Shown here in pieces: positions 1 through 10,700 of a stretch of 64,000 nucleotides of DNA (the stretch's first letter is position 1; each line of letters starts with the position of its first letter). The stretch is from a virus. The stretch lies in IMG/VR virus record IMGVR_UViG_3300008448_012223. One strand, written 5' to 3'. Below the pieces are notes generated by a model. That model saw only the letters and a program-made list of their open reading frames with translations. It made no database searches and was not told the origin of the DNA. Position numbers and translations under genes: made by a program.

Positions 1-2
1 TT

Positions 3-755
3 CAGCAGGCTCTTATTACTGAAGCCGAACGTGCTCGTGATAGTGATGGTCTTCGTATAGCAGTATTAGCTGCTCCTCCGCGCACTACCCCTACTCTGTC
101 TGCCAGTGTTACACGTGGATTCAACTCCACCCGTGCGGTTATGGTAGCAGGCTGGTTTACGTACGCTGGCCAACCTAATAGTAGTCGCTATGGCGTGCCT
201 GGTGCTGCTGTTTACGCAGGTAAGTTAGCCTCTATTGACTTTTATGTCAGTCCTGCAGCGCGGTCTCTTGTAGGGTCTCTCCTTAACATCATAGAGTGTG
301 ATACTGATAACTATACCAGCCGCAGCAATCAGGACATCTATTCAGCTGCGCGGTTAGAGGTACTGAGTCTGGATTCAGTTGACCGTACCTACCGCTTTGC
401 TAGTGGTGTTACACTATCTACTGATCCTGCATGGGAGCGTATATACTTACGCCGGGCTCACGACGTTGTTAGGCAGGGGGCGCACGCTATCCTACGGAAT
501 TATGTGGCTATGCCTAATAGTCGTTTAGTCCGTAATCAGATGGCCGCTGCTCTTAATGCCTTTATGGGCGAGCTCAAGCGGAATGGCAGCATTGTTAGCT
601 TCCGACCTGCCATCATCGATAGCAGCAATAATAGCACAGCGTCTTACTTTAGCCGCGAACTATACGTTAGTTTACAATTCCAGCCCCTCTATAGCGCGGA
701 TTATATCTACGTGACGATTAGCCGCGACACAGAAACCAGTCCCTTAGGCGAGTAA
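3..755 (+). CDS. Contractile tail sheath protein, C-terminal part (5' end outside window)
   Basis: The frame is open from nt 3. The C-terminus (…RNQMAAALNAFMGELKRNGSIVSF…ELYVSLQFQPLYSADYIYVTI) has the typical sheath C-terminal pattern. It lies just upstream of a tube-like gene and uses high-expression codons (CGT/GCT/GGT). Confidence 0.8.
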   Translation, partial: QQALITEAERARDSDGLRIAVLAAPPRTTPTLSASVTRGFNSTRAVMVAGWFTYAGQPNSSRYGVPGAAVYAGKLASIDFYVSPAARSLVGSLLNIIECDTDNYTSRSNQDIYSAARLEVLSLDSVDRTYRFASGVTLSTDPAWERIYLRRAHDVVRQGAHAILRNYVAMPNSRLVRNQMAAALNAFMGELKRNGSIVSFRPAIIDSSNNSTASYFSRELYVSLQFQPLYSADYIYVTISRDTETSPLGE

Positions 756-759
756 TATA

Positions 760-1485
760 ATGTCATCTAAAGATGCTCTTTTCCTCACTCCTGCTGTCAA
801 TAACTTTGGTCTCGATCCCTTTAGTGGGTTTGACTTCGAGGTCTGGGTTAATGACACTAGTAGCGGACAGGTTGCCTGGTTCGGTAAGTTCCAGTCCCTG
901 ACGCTCAGTATTAGAAATTCGACTGAGACCTATTTAGAATTAGGCCAGCGCGTACCTGTCTATCTAGACGGGGAATATAACATCGCGTGGGTACTAGAAC
1001 AAGGTTTAGTTGATGGTGAATTTATGGGCCGCACGTTCGGCACTAATGAAATTGGTCGTGATCAAGTACTAGGTCGGAGCCCCCGGTTCCAGATTACCTT
1101 CGATGCTAATGCGTCTGAGTTAGTAACTAATGGTGGTCTCACCAATAATCTAACTCGTAGTGGAGCAGATAGCCGTAGATTAGGATCCCTCGACTCCTGG
1201 AATATCGCTTCTAATGGCGATAATCAGAGCGGCATAGAGTTCCCCACTAATAGTGCTGCTAGTCGTAATCGTAGGGCGAAGTTCAGATATGAAATAACTA
1301 GATGCAAGGTAGATAATTACAGCGTCGGCTTCATGCCTGGTCGTCGCGTACCTGCACAACGTTGGGAGGGTGTAGCTGAAGGTATTCGGTATATTGCTGA
1401 ATCTGTTCAGCAGTTCAAAAACACAACTCGTCCTCTATCTGTGGGAAGCTCTTCTTCATCGTTTGGGAATAGTATTACACAATAA
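760..1485 (+). CDS. Tail tube protein (putative)
   Basis: 241 aa directly after the sheath. It has a beta-rich tube-like pattern (FQSLTLSIRNSTETYLELGQR…LDGE…I.W..E.G) and is followed by a strong terminator. Confidence 0.65.
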   Translation: MSSKDALFLTPAVNNFGLDPFSGFDFEVWVNDTSSGQVAWFGKFQSLTLSIRNSTETYLELGQRVPVYLDGEYNIAWVLEQGLVDGEFMGRTFGTNEIGRDQVLGRSPRFQITFDANASELVTNGGLTNNLTRSGADSRRLGSLDSWNIASNGDNQSGIEFPTNSAASRNRRAKFRYEITRCKVDNYSVGFMPGRRVPAQRWEGVAEGIRYIAESVQQFKNTTRPLSVGSSSSSFGNSITQ

Positions 1486-1506
1486 TCCCACATTCTCTCC
1501 GCTTAT

Positions 1507-1536
1507 GGGACTCAGGATTTCCTGAGTCCCTTTTTT
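1507..1536 (+). terminator. Rho-independent terminator
   Basis: GGGACTCAGG-ATTT-CCTGAGTCCC, a perfect 10-bp stem followed by TTTTTT. Confidence 0.9.
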
Positions 1537-1543
1537 ATTAATT

Positions 1544-3415
1544 ATGCGCCCTAAGACACCTGCTGCAGTAATAACGCTGGCCACAGCTGTTGATGAAAAA
1601 CAACCTATATTATTTGGCACTCAGATATGCGCTACTGATATAAACAAGAGTCGCTGGACTGTACGCGCCGTAGATGTTATAATCAACGCCGATAACTGGA
1701 ATATAAATAGAGCTCGCGTAACGCTAACCGTACCAGATGCACCAGGATTACTACCAGCGTTACCTGATGTTAGTAAGTACAGGGGCGGGCGCTACCCCTA
1801 CCTCAGCGAGGAGGATGAGATACGAATTTACATGGGGATGGTGGGGTCAGATAAACAGGTACTGGATATCAATAATCTATCTGATATACCATTTCCTATA
1901 CCAGATACAAATATGAAACCGAAGGAGGGCGCTACTCTATTCCCTGTATTCTGGGGCTTCATTGAGAAGGTAGAGGTAACGGCTGATGCTAATACAGGTG
2001 TGCAGGTAGTGCTATCGTGTCAAGATCGTATGAGGCTACTACATAACACACGTGTTCTATCTAACCCAGATACCTTATTCAATGCCCCCACACCAGAACA
2101 GAAGGGCGATAGAGCCCTCATACTGCGTAAGATACTGAACTTTGCGGTAGGTTACTCCCCTATTGAAACAGAGAGCGGCTCGCAGGTAGCCAGATGCTGG
2201 AAGGAGTTCAAGGAGGGTATGACTGTACGCGGCTACGACATAGGAGCAGATGGTAAGATAGAATACTTATTCGCTAATAAACTAATAGCCGGAAATGCAA
2301 GTAATTCTGAGGTTAAGATTATACAGGACATGAATAATCTTACGCCAGGCGAAGAGCTAGTAGATGCGCCGCGTTGGACACGGGCTGCTATGTTCACGCC
2401 TATGAGCCCAGGAGGTAATCCCCGCACCCATATATGGTTACAGCGCCCGCCTATCGAACAGGGACAGAACCGCGGGGTATTCAACTTCATTAATGAGAGC
2501 CCCGCTGATATAATACAAGCAGCGTTTCTACTCAAGGAGGAGCGCGTAGTAGACGCCTCATTCAGCCATATCAATGGTGATTTTATAATAGCGCCTAATA
2601 GCGGCGATACTAGTGGCTTCCAAGATCCCAATAGGCTATATAGGACCTATTTCTTCCGCAGCCTACCAGCGGGTCTTAACATATGTCCTGATGAGAGACA
2701 GCGCATACTCTCCATGCGGGTAGTAAGTAGTAGTATAGCCACAACTAACCGCTTTATAGTGACTGATGATGGAGGTAATGGCGCATCTGATTCATTCAAT
2801 GATGCCATTGAGGTTACATTACAGGCCACGCCCTATAAGTACGCTGATAGAAAGCCTCCTATTGCATGTAGAGCCACTGTCGTTGAGGATAAGAACCTGA
2901 GCGCCTATACTGACGCAGGCATCAGTAAAGAGACAGGGGCTTTATTAGTTGGTTTAGGCATGGCCCGCCGTACCAGTAGAGATATTAGCACGATACAAAT
3001 CACGATAGTAGGGGACCCCACCTGGTATCCGAATGAGATGTTTCAGGTGTATAATACATTGATACACGATAGGCAGATTATATCAACATACGATTCTATA
3101 GCAGAGGAGAGCGCTATGCACGCTACTAAGAGGAAGTTGAGTGAACAATCAGCGCGCATGCGAGAACACACAGCAAGTAGTTCCTCGGCGCGGGCCATAC
3201 CCTTTCCTGATGGCAGTGAGATACTAACACGGTACGTGGGTGCCCACGTCAATGCCACTGATGAGGACTATGCTGATACTAATAGTGGCCGCATAGCCAG
3301 CGATGTAGGCGATAATCTAGCTAATGCGGTACTACCGAAGTACAAGGTACGCTCGATTCGTCATAAGCTAACACACAGAGATTACACTACTACTATTCAA
3401 GGAAGCGCTGATTAA
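1544..3415 (+). CDS. Baseplate hub protein (gp27/gpD-like, putative)
   Basis: 623 aa. Motifs IRIYMG…VFWGFIEKV…VVLSCQDRMRLL and C-terminal ITIVGDP…YKVRSIRHKL…YTTTI are typical of hub proteins, and the position after the tube fits. Confidence 0.6.
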   Translation: MRPKTPAAVITLATAVDEKQPILFGTQICATDINKSRWTVRAVDVIINADNWNINRARVTLTVPDAPGLLPALPDVSKYRGGRYPYLSEEDEIRIYMGMVGSDKQVLDINNLSDIPFPIPDTNMKPKEGATLFPVFWGFIEKVEVTADANTGVQVVLSCQDRMRLLHNTRVLSNPDTLFNAPTPEQKGDRALILRKILNFAVGYSPIETESGSQVARCWKEFKEGMTVRGYDIGADGKIEYLFANKLIAGNASNSEVKIIQDMNNLTPGEELVDAPRWTRAAMFTPMSPGGNPRTHIWLQRPPIEQGQNRGVFNFINESPADIIQAAFLLKEERVVDASFSHINGDFIIAPNSGDTSGFQDPNRLYRTYFFRSLPAGLNICPDERQRILSMRVVSSSIATTNRFIVTDDGGNGASDSFNDAIEVTLQATPYKYADRKPPIACRATVVEDKNLSAYTDAGISKETGALLVGLGMARRTSRDISTIQITIVGDPTWYPNEMFQVYNTLIHDRQIISTYDSIAEESAMHATKRKLSEQSARMREHTASSSSARAIPFPDGSEILTRYVGAHVNATDEDYADTNSGRIASDVGDNLANAVLPKYKVRSIRHKLTHRDYTTTIQGSAD

Positions 3416-4989
3416 TGTTTGCTAATAACAATGGTGGCCTATACTCTGAGCCCCATTCCTATAAGTACAGTAAGAGCCAGTGGGGCACACAGCGTGGGAT
3501 AGTCCATAGTATCAGTAGGGAGGGCCGCCTAGGTAATTTCTGCTCGGTGCGCCTATTGAAAGGTATGATCCTGGATAACGTTAGGATGAGCGGCCCCTTT
3601 GGTCATAATGGGCTAGGCGTCTATAATCCACTCGAGATAGGACAGCCAGTCATAGTGGGCTTCAATGATGGGAAGATGGAGGATGCCTTCATCCTAGGCG
3701 GATATACCTCAGAGGGTAACTACGATAAGCTATACGTAGATGGTGATTTACAGGAGCCTAATCAGCGCGGCCCCGAGGGTCAGACATTCAATCAACCACT
3801 GGGGCATCCTAATCGCATAACACAGCCCAATGCCTTCTTCCACGTAACAGGTATCAATTCACTGGATACGGCATATGATAGTCCTGATTATGGCTCACTA
3901 GCAGAGGCCTATGATAGACAGCCCCGCCCCGGCGTTATAGAAATACGCAATGACGCAGGCACCCGCTCTCTATATACGAGCGGAGAGAATATACTATTCA
4001 GTGATAGTAACATCTACCTGGTAGCTAACGGCGACCGCCGCAGCAGTGTCAATCACCTCCTACAGCTATCAGCACGGCACTGCGCCCGAGCGGATGGACT
4101 AGAGATGATGCAGGGTATCAGGCCTTCATCGGCTACCACGGAGTCACTGCCTAGCGGCATAACACCTATGGTAGAGGGGCAGGGGGAGGAGCCTGTATCT
4201 ACGACTACTGCTATAACAGTTTCCTATCGTATACAAGAGGAGAGGCGGTTATGTCAGGCCTATCTAGAGGCTAGCCGTCAGAATCTACAACGACAGGCTG
4301 AGGGTATAGCGCGCGTTGAGGATAAATCACAAGACATACCTACACAGAGGGGGTCTGAGGTATCTGATACATATAATGAAAGCCGTAATAATAATAAGGA
4401 TTGGCAGAGTGCCACTAATAAGGAGCCTACTCGCTGGTTCATAACAGCCGGCCACCGCGATGGTAAATCAGGTACTTGTGGAGCTGCTGGCATACCTCTA
4501 CCCCAGGCCCCAGGTCAGTCAGTAGAGAGTTGGATGAATGAACAGGTCGTCAAGATAATGGAGAGACTAGCCCCCTCTTACGGTCTCCAATTATCTATAT
4601 TCTTACCACCAATAGGTACCTCCTGGCAATCAGTGCTAGATAGAGCCGCGCAGGAGAAGACCGATGGCGCGGGTGTTCTAGAGATACACTTTGACGCAGG
4701 TACGGCAGGAGAGTATACGGGTTCCACTGGCGTCATACCTAGCCGTAAGGAAATACTACCATCCGAGGATAGACTAGCTCAAACATTCGGCGCCTTCACC
4801 AGAAATCACCGCAACGGCTTATACGGACCCAATAGAGGGGTACCGCTAGTTGAGGTAGGAGTATTGAATACGCAGGTAGAGGCCTTAATGAGAGGAAATG
4901 ATACAGCAGCACAAAATGCCTATTTCGAAGGGAAGGCCCGTGCTGTTTTACAATCCCTGAAGGGAGGGGCGCAAGATAATGTGGAATAG
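3415..4989 (+). CDS. gp5/VgrG-like spike OB-fold fused to a C-terminal N-acetylmuramoyl-L-alanine amidase-like domain
   Basis: N-terminal OB-fold pattern (RGIVHSI…PLEIGQPVIVGF…AFILGG). The C-terminus has Amidase_3-type motifs ITAGH, E…NEQV, LEIHFDA and PLVEVG. Confidence 0.6.
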   Translation: MFANNNGGLYSEPHSYKYSKSQWGTQRGIVHSISREGRLGNFCSVRLLKGMILDNVRMSGPFGHNGLGVYNPLEIGQPVIVGFNDGKMEDAFILGGYTSEGNYDKLYVDGDLQEPNQRGPEGQTFNQPLGHPNRITQPNAFFHVTGINSLDTAYDSPDYGSLAEAYDRQPRPGVIEIRNDAGTRSLYTSGENILFSDSNIYLVANGDRRSSVNHLLQLSARHCARADGLEMMQGIRPSSATTESLPSGITPMVEGQGEEPVSTTTAITVSYRIQEERRLCQAYLEASRQNLQRQAEGIARVEDKSQDIPTQRGSEVSDTYNESRNNNKDWQSATNKEPTRWFITAGHRDGKSGTCGAAGIPLPQAPGQSVESWMNEQVVKIMERLAPSYGLQLSIFLPPIGTSWQSVLDRAAQEKTDGAGVLEIHFDAGTAGEYTGSTGVIPSRKEILPSEDRLAQTFGAFTRNHRNGLYGPNRGVPLVEVGVLNTQVEALMRGNDTAAQNAYFEGKARAVLQSLKGGAQDNVE

Positions 4990-6175
4990 AGAGAATCTAG
5001 AACCTCTACTGAATAGACCTGAGTTTAGGGCCCTCCTGGATGTAATCAGTGATAGACAATTTGAGGGGGCCGATTACAATACACTATACGGTGGATCTAA
5101 ATTCAGTAGTTACGAGGATCACCCACGCCAGAGATTCTCAATAGGGGGTGGGGGGAACTACACCACGGCTGCAGGTAGATACCAAATTTTAGATGTGACA
5201 TGGGATGGTATTAATAAAGAGACTGGGGGAATGCTATCTGACTTCAGCCCTCTGAACCAGGATCTAGCCATATTATATTTAATACTCGATGAGACTGGTA
5301 CTACGGTAGAGGAGGTCATGAGTGGTAACATACTAAGCTACTATACCAAGCTACGGAAACAATGGACTAGTCTACCGGGGGCCTCTGAAGCACGAGGTGG
5401 AGAAAATACGCTAGATACTTTATATAAACAGTATCTAGCCTATAGGCGAGGACAGGGTCCGGCACCATCTACTTTGAGTGGTGGTGGTGGGAGTAATGCC
5501 CCCACTATACCGGGCGATAGTGCTTATTCTACTCAACAGTTGGCGCAGGCATTAGTAGAGGGTATAGATGGATTTGTTAATGCTATATTCAAGCGTACAG
5601 GAGAGTTCAAGTGGCCCTATAACCAACGCGATGCTATTACCCACACAGGTTCTGTACCTCAGGTTAATAGAGCTATGACTAATAATACTCTATCCTATGG
5701 AGCAGGAGCCCCCGGCTTTCAGTTCAATGAGGCGAGCGCATTGGCAGGGCAGGTAATACCCGGTAGGTCAGGCTCTGGGGGTGGCATAGTACCCGCTGAG
5801 GGATCTCTGACTAGTGGGTTTGGCTGGCGTTGGGGTAGGATGCACAACGGTATAGATATAGGGGCTCCAATAGGCACACCTATATTAGCCACTATGGCAG
5901 GCAAGGTGATATCAGTCGGATTCGAGAATAATGGATTTGGTAATATAGTTAAACTAGAACACGTAGGGGGCAATCAGAGTTGGTACGCACATATGAGCAA
6001 GTTTGCTGTTAAACTGGCAGATATAGTGCAGCAAGGACAAGTAATAGGTGAGATGGGCAGTACTGGTCATAGCACTGGCCCTCATCTTCACTTTGAGTGG
6101 AGAGTAAGATCTGGTATAGGTGGGGGCCTGAATGCGGTAGACCCACGCCTTAGTGTATTAAAGGGATTAATATAG
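4979..6175 (+). CDS. Lysozyme (lambda-like) plus M23 metallopeptidase two-domain protein
   Basis: N-terminal FRALLD.I…YNTLYGG…TAAGRYQIL..TW. C-terminal M23 motifs HNGIDI, YAHM and STGPHLHFE. Confidence 0.9.
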   Translation: MWNRENLEPLLNRPEFRALLDVISDRQFEGADYNTLYGGSKFSSYEDHPRQRFSIGGGGNYTTAAGRYQILDVTWDGINKETGGMLSDFSPLNQDLAILYLILDETGTTVEEVMSGNILSYYTKLRKQWTSLPGASEARGGENTLDTLYKQYLAYRRGQGPAPSTLSGGGGSNAPTIPGDSAYSTQQLAQALVEGIDGFVNAIFKRTGEFKWPYNQRDAITHTGSVPQVNRAMTNNTLSYGAGAPGFQFNEASALAGQVIPGRSGSGGGIVPAEGSLTSGFGWRWGRMHNGIDIGAPIGTPILATMAGKVISVGFENNGFGNIVKLEHVGGNQSWYAHMSKFAVKLADIVQQGQVIGEMGSTGHSTGPHLHFEWRVRSGIGGGLNAVDPRLSVLKGLI

Positions 6176-6179
6176 ACTT

Positions 6180-6692
6180 ATGAGAACTACCAGTAAAGAT
6201 GGGGATGAACTAGAGAGGGCTATAGCCCGCGCGGGCGGTATTAGCACTCACGTAAATCAATTCAGGCTACTAACACAATATACGTACGATGCGGATACTC
6301 GTGATGCGCGCGCGGGCTACGCACTAACAGTAATACTACCCAGGCCTTGTTGGTTAGATGCTGTATGGCTACTGAGTGGTATAGAGTTAGTTAGTAGCCC
6401 CCGTCGTATGATGCCGGGCCAGGTACTGGCACTGAATGCAGCTACTATAGGTGTAAGACTGCCGCAGACCATACAGATGCGAGCTGATAGTAGAGAGAGG
6501 CCCAACGTAAACGCCGAGGGTCTCGAGGTGTTAATAAGAAAGCGAATGCCTGATACACCACTAATTAACAACTTTATGATGCTAGCTAACTCGGCTAATA
6601 AACCGCTAGTGGCAGCTCAACTAGCGCGCTGGTTCGGCTACTCGGAGGAGTCAGTGCAAAGCATAGTAGGAGTAATATATCGTGCTAATTAA
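6180..6692 (+). CDS. Hypothetical protein
   Basis: 170-aa ORF in a tightly packed operon with phage codon usage. Confidence 0.6.
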   Translation: MRTTSKDGDELERAIARAGGISTHVNQFRLLTQYTYDADTRDARAGYALTVILPRPCWLDAVWLLSGIELVSSPRRMMPGQVLALNAATIGVRLPQTIQMRADSRERPNVNAEGLEVLIRKRMPDTPLINNFMMLANSANKPLVAAQLARWFGYSEESVQSIVGVIYRAN

Positions 6693-7776
6693 CCTAGAGG
6701 CCGTACCTCAATTACCCGGGGCTAATACAGATGCTGTAACACGCATAGATGAAGCGGCTATTAATAATCTATCTATTCTGATAGCGGGCTCTCACGAAAG
6801 ACTAGCCAGTATCATGCGTAACGTACCCCTCCCTCGTACCCGTCCTACGTGGAGAGATATAACGCGCTCTCTAGAGGGGCAGCTCATACTGTTATTATCA
6901 CTACCTACATCGAGTAATCTGGACTACACGGTCATTACGCAGCACGCAGATAGATACAGACGTATAGCGGAGAGGCCTAATTGGCTACCACCCAATGACT
7001 ATAGTGAGACACTACTACTAACTGATAGGCGAGTATGGGGGACCTCTGCTAGTAGTATAGGCTATTACCTACTACTGGGGGGCTATAGAATGCACTATGC
7101 CAGCCCTTGTCGTCTAGTCTACGAGGCTACTCGTACTCTATGGAGCATGCAGCCCAACTGGAAGGAGTATTACGCAACGCTAGGAGCAGAGGGATCACTA
7201 GATAGCCACCGCTTCTTCAAGGCATTTCTATCCCAACCCACTGGTATAACTCGCGTAGCTGGCTTCCTGAACGCCATACAGAATATAGAGGCTACCTATC
7301 TAGAACGCTACTGGGTAGTGCCGGGCGGGCCGGATCTACTATGGGATCTATGGCACGGACAGATAGACCCAGCGTTATTTAATCTCTATGAAGATCTAAG
7401 CCAGGACCCACCAGATGAGCTACGAGAGTGGTTGATACCTACAGAGCCCGGCCTACTACGGCAGGTAAGCAGCAGTATCATAACCTCATTACCGTATCCA
7501 GGGGGCCTCAATACGCACCTGGTGACTATGGCAGCACACATGACCAACCTAGCTTATATACATGCTTATAATTCTCCTCGACCCGATGTAGAGATATACG
7601 TTCTCGCTGATGATGCAGAGAGAACACGTCTAGGACGGGTACGTAATCTACTATATACCGCCTCGCAGTATTTGCGGCGGTCTACGCTAGATCACTGGGT
7701 AATAATGGGTAATAACCTAGCAGCCATATCTGAAATAGATAATCAACGAGGAGCCATACAGGATCTAGACCTATGA
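6682..7776 (+). CDS. Hypothetical protein
   Basis: 364-aa ORF that overlaps both neighbours by a few nt. Confidence 0.65.
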   Translation: MLINLEAVPQLPGANTDAVTRIDEAAINNLSILIAGSHERLASIMRNVPLPRTRPTWRDITRSLEGQLILLLSLPTSSNLDYTVITQHADRYRRIAERPNWLPPNDYSETLLLTDRRVWGTSASSIGYYLLLGGYRMHYASPCRLVYEATRTLWSMQPNWKEYYATLGAEGSLDSHRFFKAFLSQPTGITRVAGFLNAIQNIEATYLERYWVVPGGPDLLWDLWHGQIDPALFNLYEDLSQDPPDELREWLIPTEPGLLRQVSSSIITSLPYPGGLNTHLVTMAAHMTNLAYIHAYNSPRPDVEIYVLADDAERTRLGRVRNLLYTASQYLRRSTLDHWVIMGNNLAAISEIDNQRGAIQDLDL

Positions 7777-10700
7777 GTAAAATAGAAGATCAACTAGTGA
7801 AGGGAGATCTAGGGGCGGGCCGCAACACTCCTACGCTGGGGCCCGCGCTCAATGATCTCAATGAGACATCCAAGAACACAGCATACCAACAAGCAACAGA
7901 GACACTAGGGCAGGCAGCGGCATCTACCACTCCGTTCGAACCTCGTCGCATCAGCTCTCAGATTATAGTGGAGCCCGTGCGGGCGGTAGAGGGGCTATTA
8001 GAATTAAGAGACATGAACCTACAGGCCAACCAGGTTCTGCGGGAGGGCATAGCGCCTAATACAGAACAGAATATTAATGCTGTAGGTACGGCAGTTAATG
8101 GTAATACTGAGCAATCACTAGATGGAATCCGTAAGCTCAAGGAGAGCTCACTCCTTAGTGATAAAGCAGAGCTAGCTGATATAAGTCAGGGCAATGTCAA
8201 TATTGCCCCTGCCAATAGACTCACGCAGGTAGCCAATAACATACAGTTTGTGAGTGATACCAATATCACGCAACGGGCCCCCTTTATGCAGTCCGTCACC
8301 GATAACTATGTAGTGCAGTCCGGGAACTCCATTAATCACATTAGCGACCACCATTACGCAATAGGTAAGGATAGTACTCGAATTATAGAGGGGGACGACT
8401 TACAGCGATCAGGTAATAGACTACGCCTATCAAATAGAAGTGAGACAGTAACCCAAGTAGATAAGGCTACGGCCCTAGGCGAGATGGAGCGGGTCTCTGC
8501 TGATTACAAGAGTTATGCTACTACACACACTAGCACATCATTAAACGAAATGAGGCTCTATAGCTACGGTGAGATGGTAGCAAGAGCCACTAACGTAGAT
8601 CTAATAGCAGCCGCATCACCTGTAGGATCGGAGGCTGCAGACGATAAAGAGGAGCCAGCTGAGATACCAGTGGGCCGCGTTAATATATACTCATCGGTAC
8701 CAGGAGGCGGGCTATCAGGTATGACCTTCAGTCCTGAAGGTATGAACTCCTATGCACTGAAGAGTGCCTTCCAGGGCATAACTCACAATCACATAACTGC
8801 GGGGCCCAGCATATTCCAGGGCGCGGGTGCTGTATTCTCCCTAAGCGGAGTTATGACTCTCAATACACTACCGGCTATACCTGATGAGATAGAGTTGAAC
8901 GTCGACCTCATCCCACACATACCAGAGTTCCCTAAACTACCTGATTTACCTAATGGATGTGGGGCCATACTTGAAAATACAGATACTCCTGAGGAACCAA
9001 CTCAGTCTGATATAGAGCAGTCTGATCCAGATGGCGCTCAAGTACCCACCGAGTCTAATGACTCTGCCACTACGTCGGGTGACACATCGTCGGGTGCCAC
9101 TACGCCAGGAGGCGATGCTATAGGCTCACTAGGAGAGGATATACGGAGCTCTATATCAGCCTCTAAGGTAACTCCTAAGAACCCAGGTAAGGAGAACATA
9201 GCTAAGAGCGCTACTGATACAGCTAAGAATCCACCAGCGTTGGTAGCAGTAGAGCCGGCCGCAGTATCATCGGTAGCCAGTGATGTATATCTAGAGCGAG
9301 AGGGTGAAACGGTAGGAGAGTTGACTATATCTGTCAATACGCCCCTTATAGATATAGCGGGGGACGTGCAATTAGAGGTACAAAAGGTAGGAGAGGATCT
9401 ACAACAATTGGGGCTCAGTGTATCTGCTACTCAGGTAACCACTCTAGTCAATCAGGTACTAACTATCAGTAGAAATAATAGCATAGATGCCATAGCCATG
9501 CTAGAGGGCGGGACCAGTCAGGATCTAGTGCCCGCAGAATTGAAGCAATTGTTTCTTAATTCTCCTTCACTCAAGACTTATATAATCAATGAGATTAAGG
9601 ACGCCCTATCGCTATTATCTATTGGTTTCCTAGAACTAAGTGATCTAGACACCTCGGCCCGCGGGCTAGTAGTAAGTGATAACTCAACAGACCTAGCGCG
9701 GGTATACTCCTTAGTATCACCTGCATTAGACCGGCTATACGAGAGCACAGGTCTTAGCCAATACGGAGACACCACTCAACTAGCGCAGCTGGGGACCTCA
9801 CTATTAAATGGCGAGAAGCTAAACGAACAGACTGTAGACGCTCTAATAATTAACTCTATTAGCAGTAACCTAAATAGAACACTGGGTATAGATGGGGCAG
9901 ACGTAACTAATAAAGTATATAATTTAGCTAAACGACTGGCCAAAGCCAATGACAAAGCCGATGACGAAGCCGATGACGAACCCATAGACGTTGATAAGGA
10001 GATAACCTCTCTCATGAGTTCATTAGGCACTACACTGGACTCTGATTTACTAAAAGATGCTGTATATTATAAAGAACTAGGAGAGAGTATATATAACAGT
10101 GCCTCTGTACTGGCTGACAGTATCTCCACCGGGGATATAGGTAGTATCATACGCGGTGATGGCATCAAATCCCTACTATCAGGGGGGCTAGATAAAATCA
10201 TAGGTGAGAATAATACTGCCCTCATCAGGGCAGCAACTGATATAGGCCGCACCGGACTAGCCCTAGGTAAGTCACTGGCATTAATGCCCAGTATCGTAGG
10301 CGCGCTAAGCGGTAGCGCTATCCAAAAAATAGTGCAACTAATAGATATAATCTCTTGTCTAGATATCGTAGATCAGGCCCGTGACCTAGTTACCGCCATA
10401 GGTAATATCAGTACACAACCTAATAGTAGTCGACCGGGCCGCTCTGGTACTACTGATACATTAGACACACTAGATACTATATCTCTATTACCACGTCTAA
10501 CTCAGTATACCAATACTGTAATCGATCTATACAATAATGGAGATGAGGAGCTAAAGCAAGAGATCATCGAATTAATTGAGGGGCCCATTGATGACGAGGA
10601 TACTGTAACTCCCCGAGAGCCATTATCTACTACAGTAGAGCTACTGGAGGGCCGCTGGAGACTAGGGGTAGATGAGTGCTTCCGACTGCCGCGCCTCACG

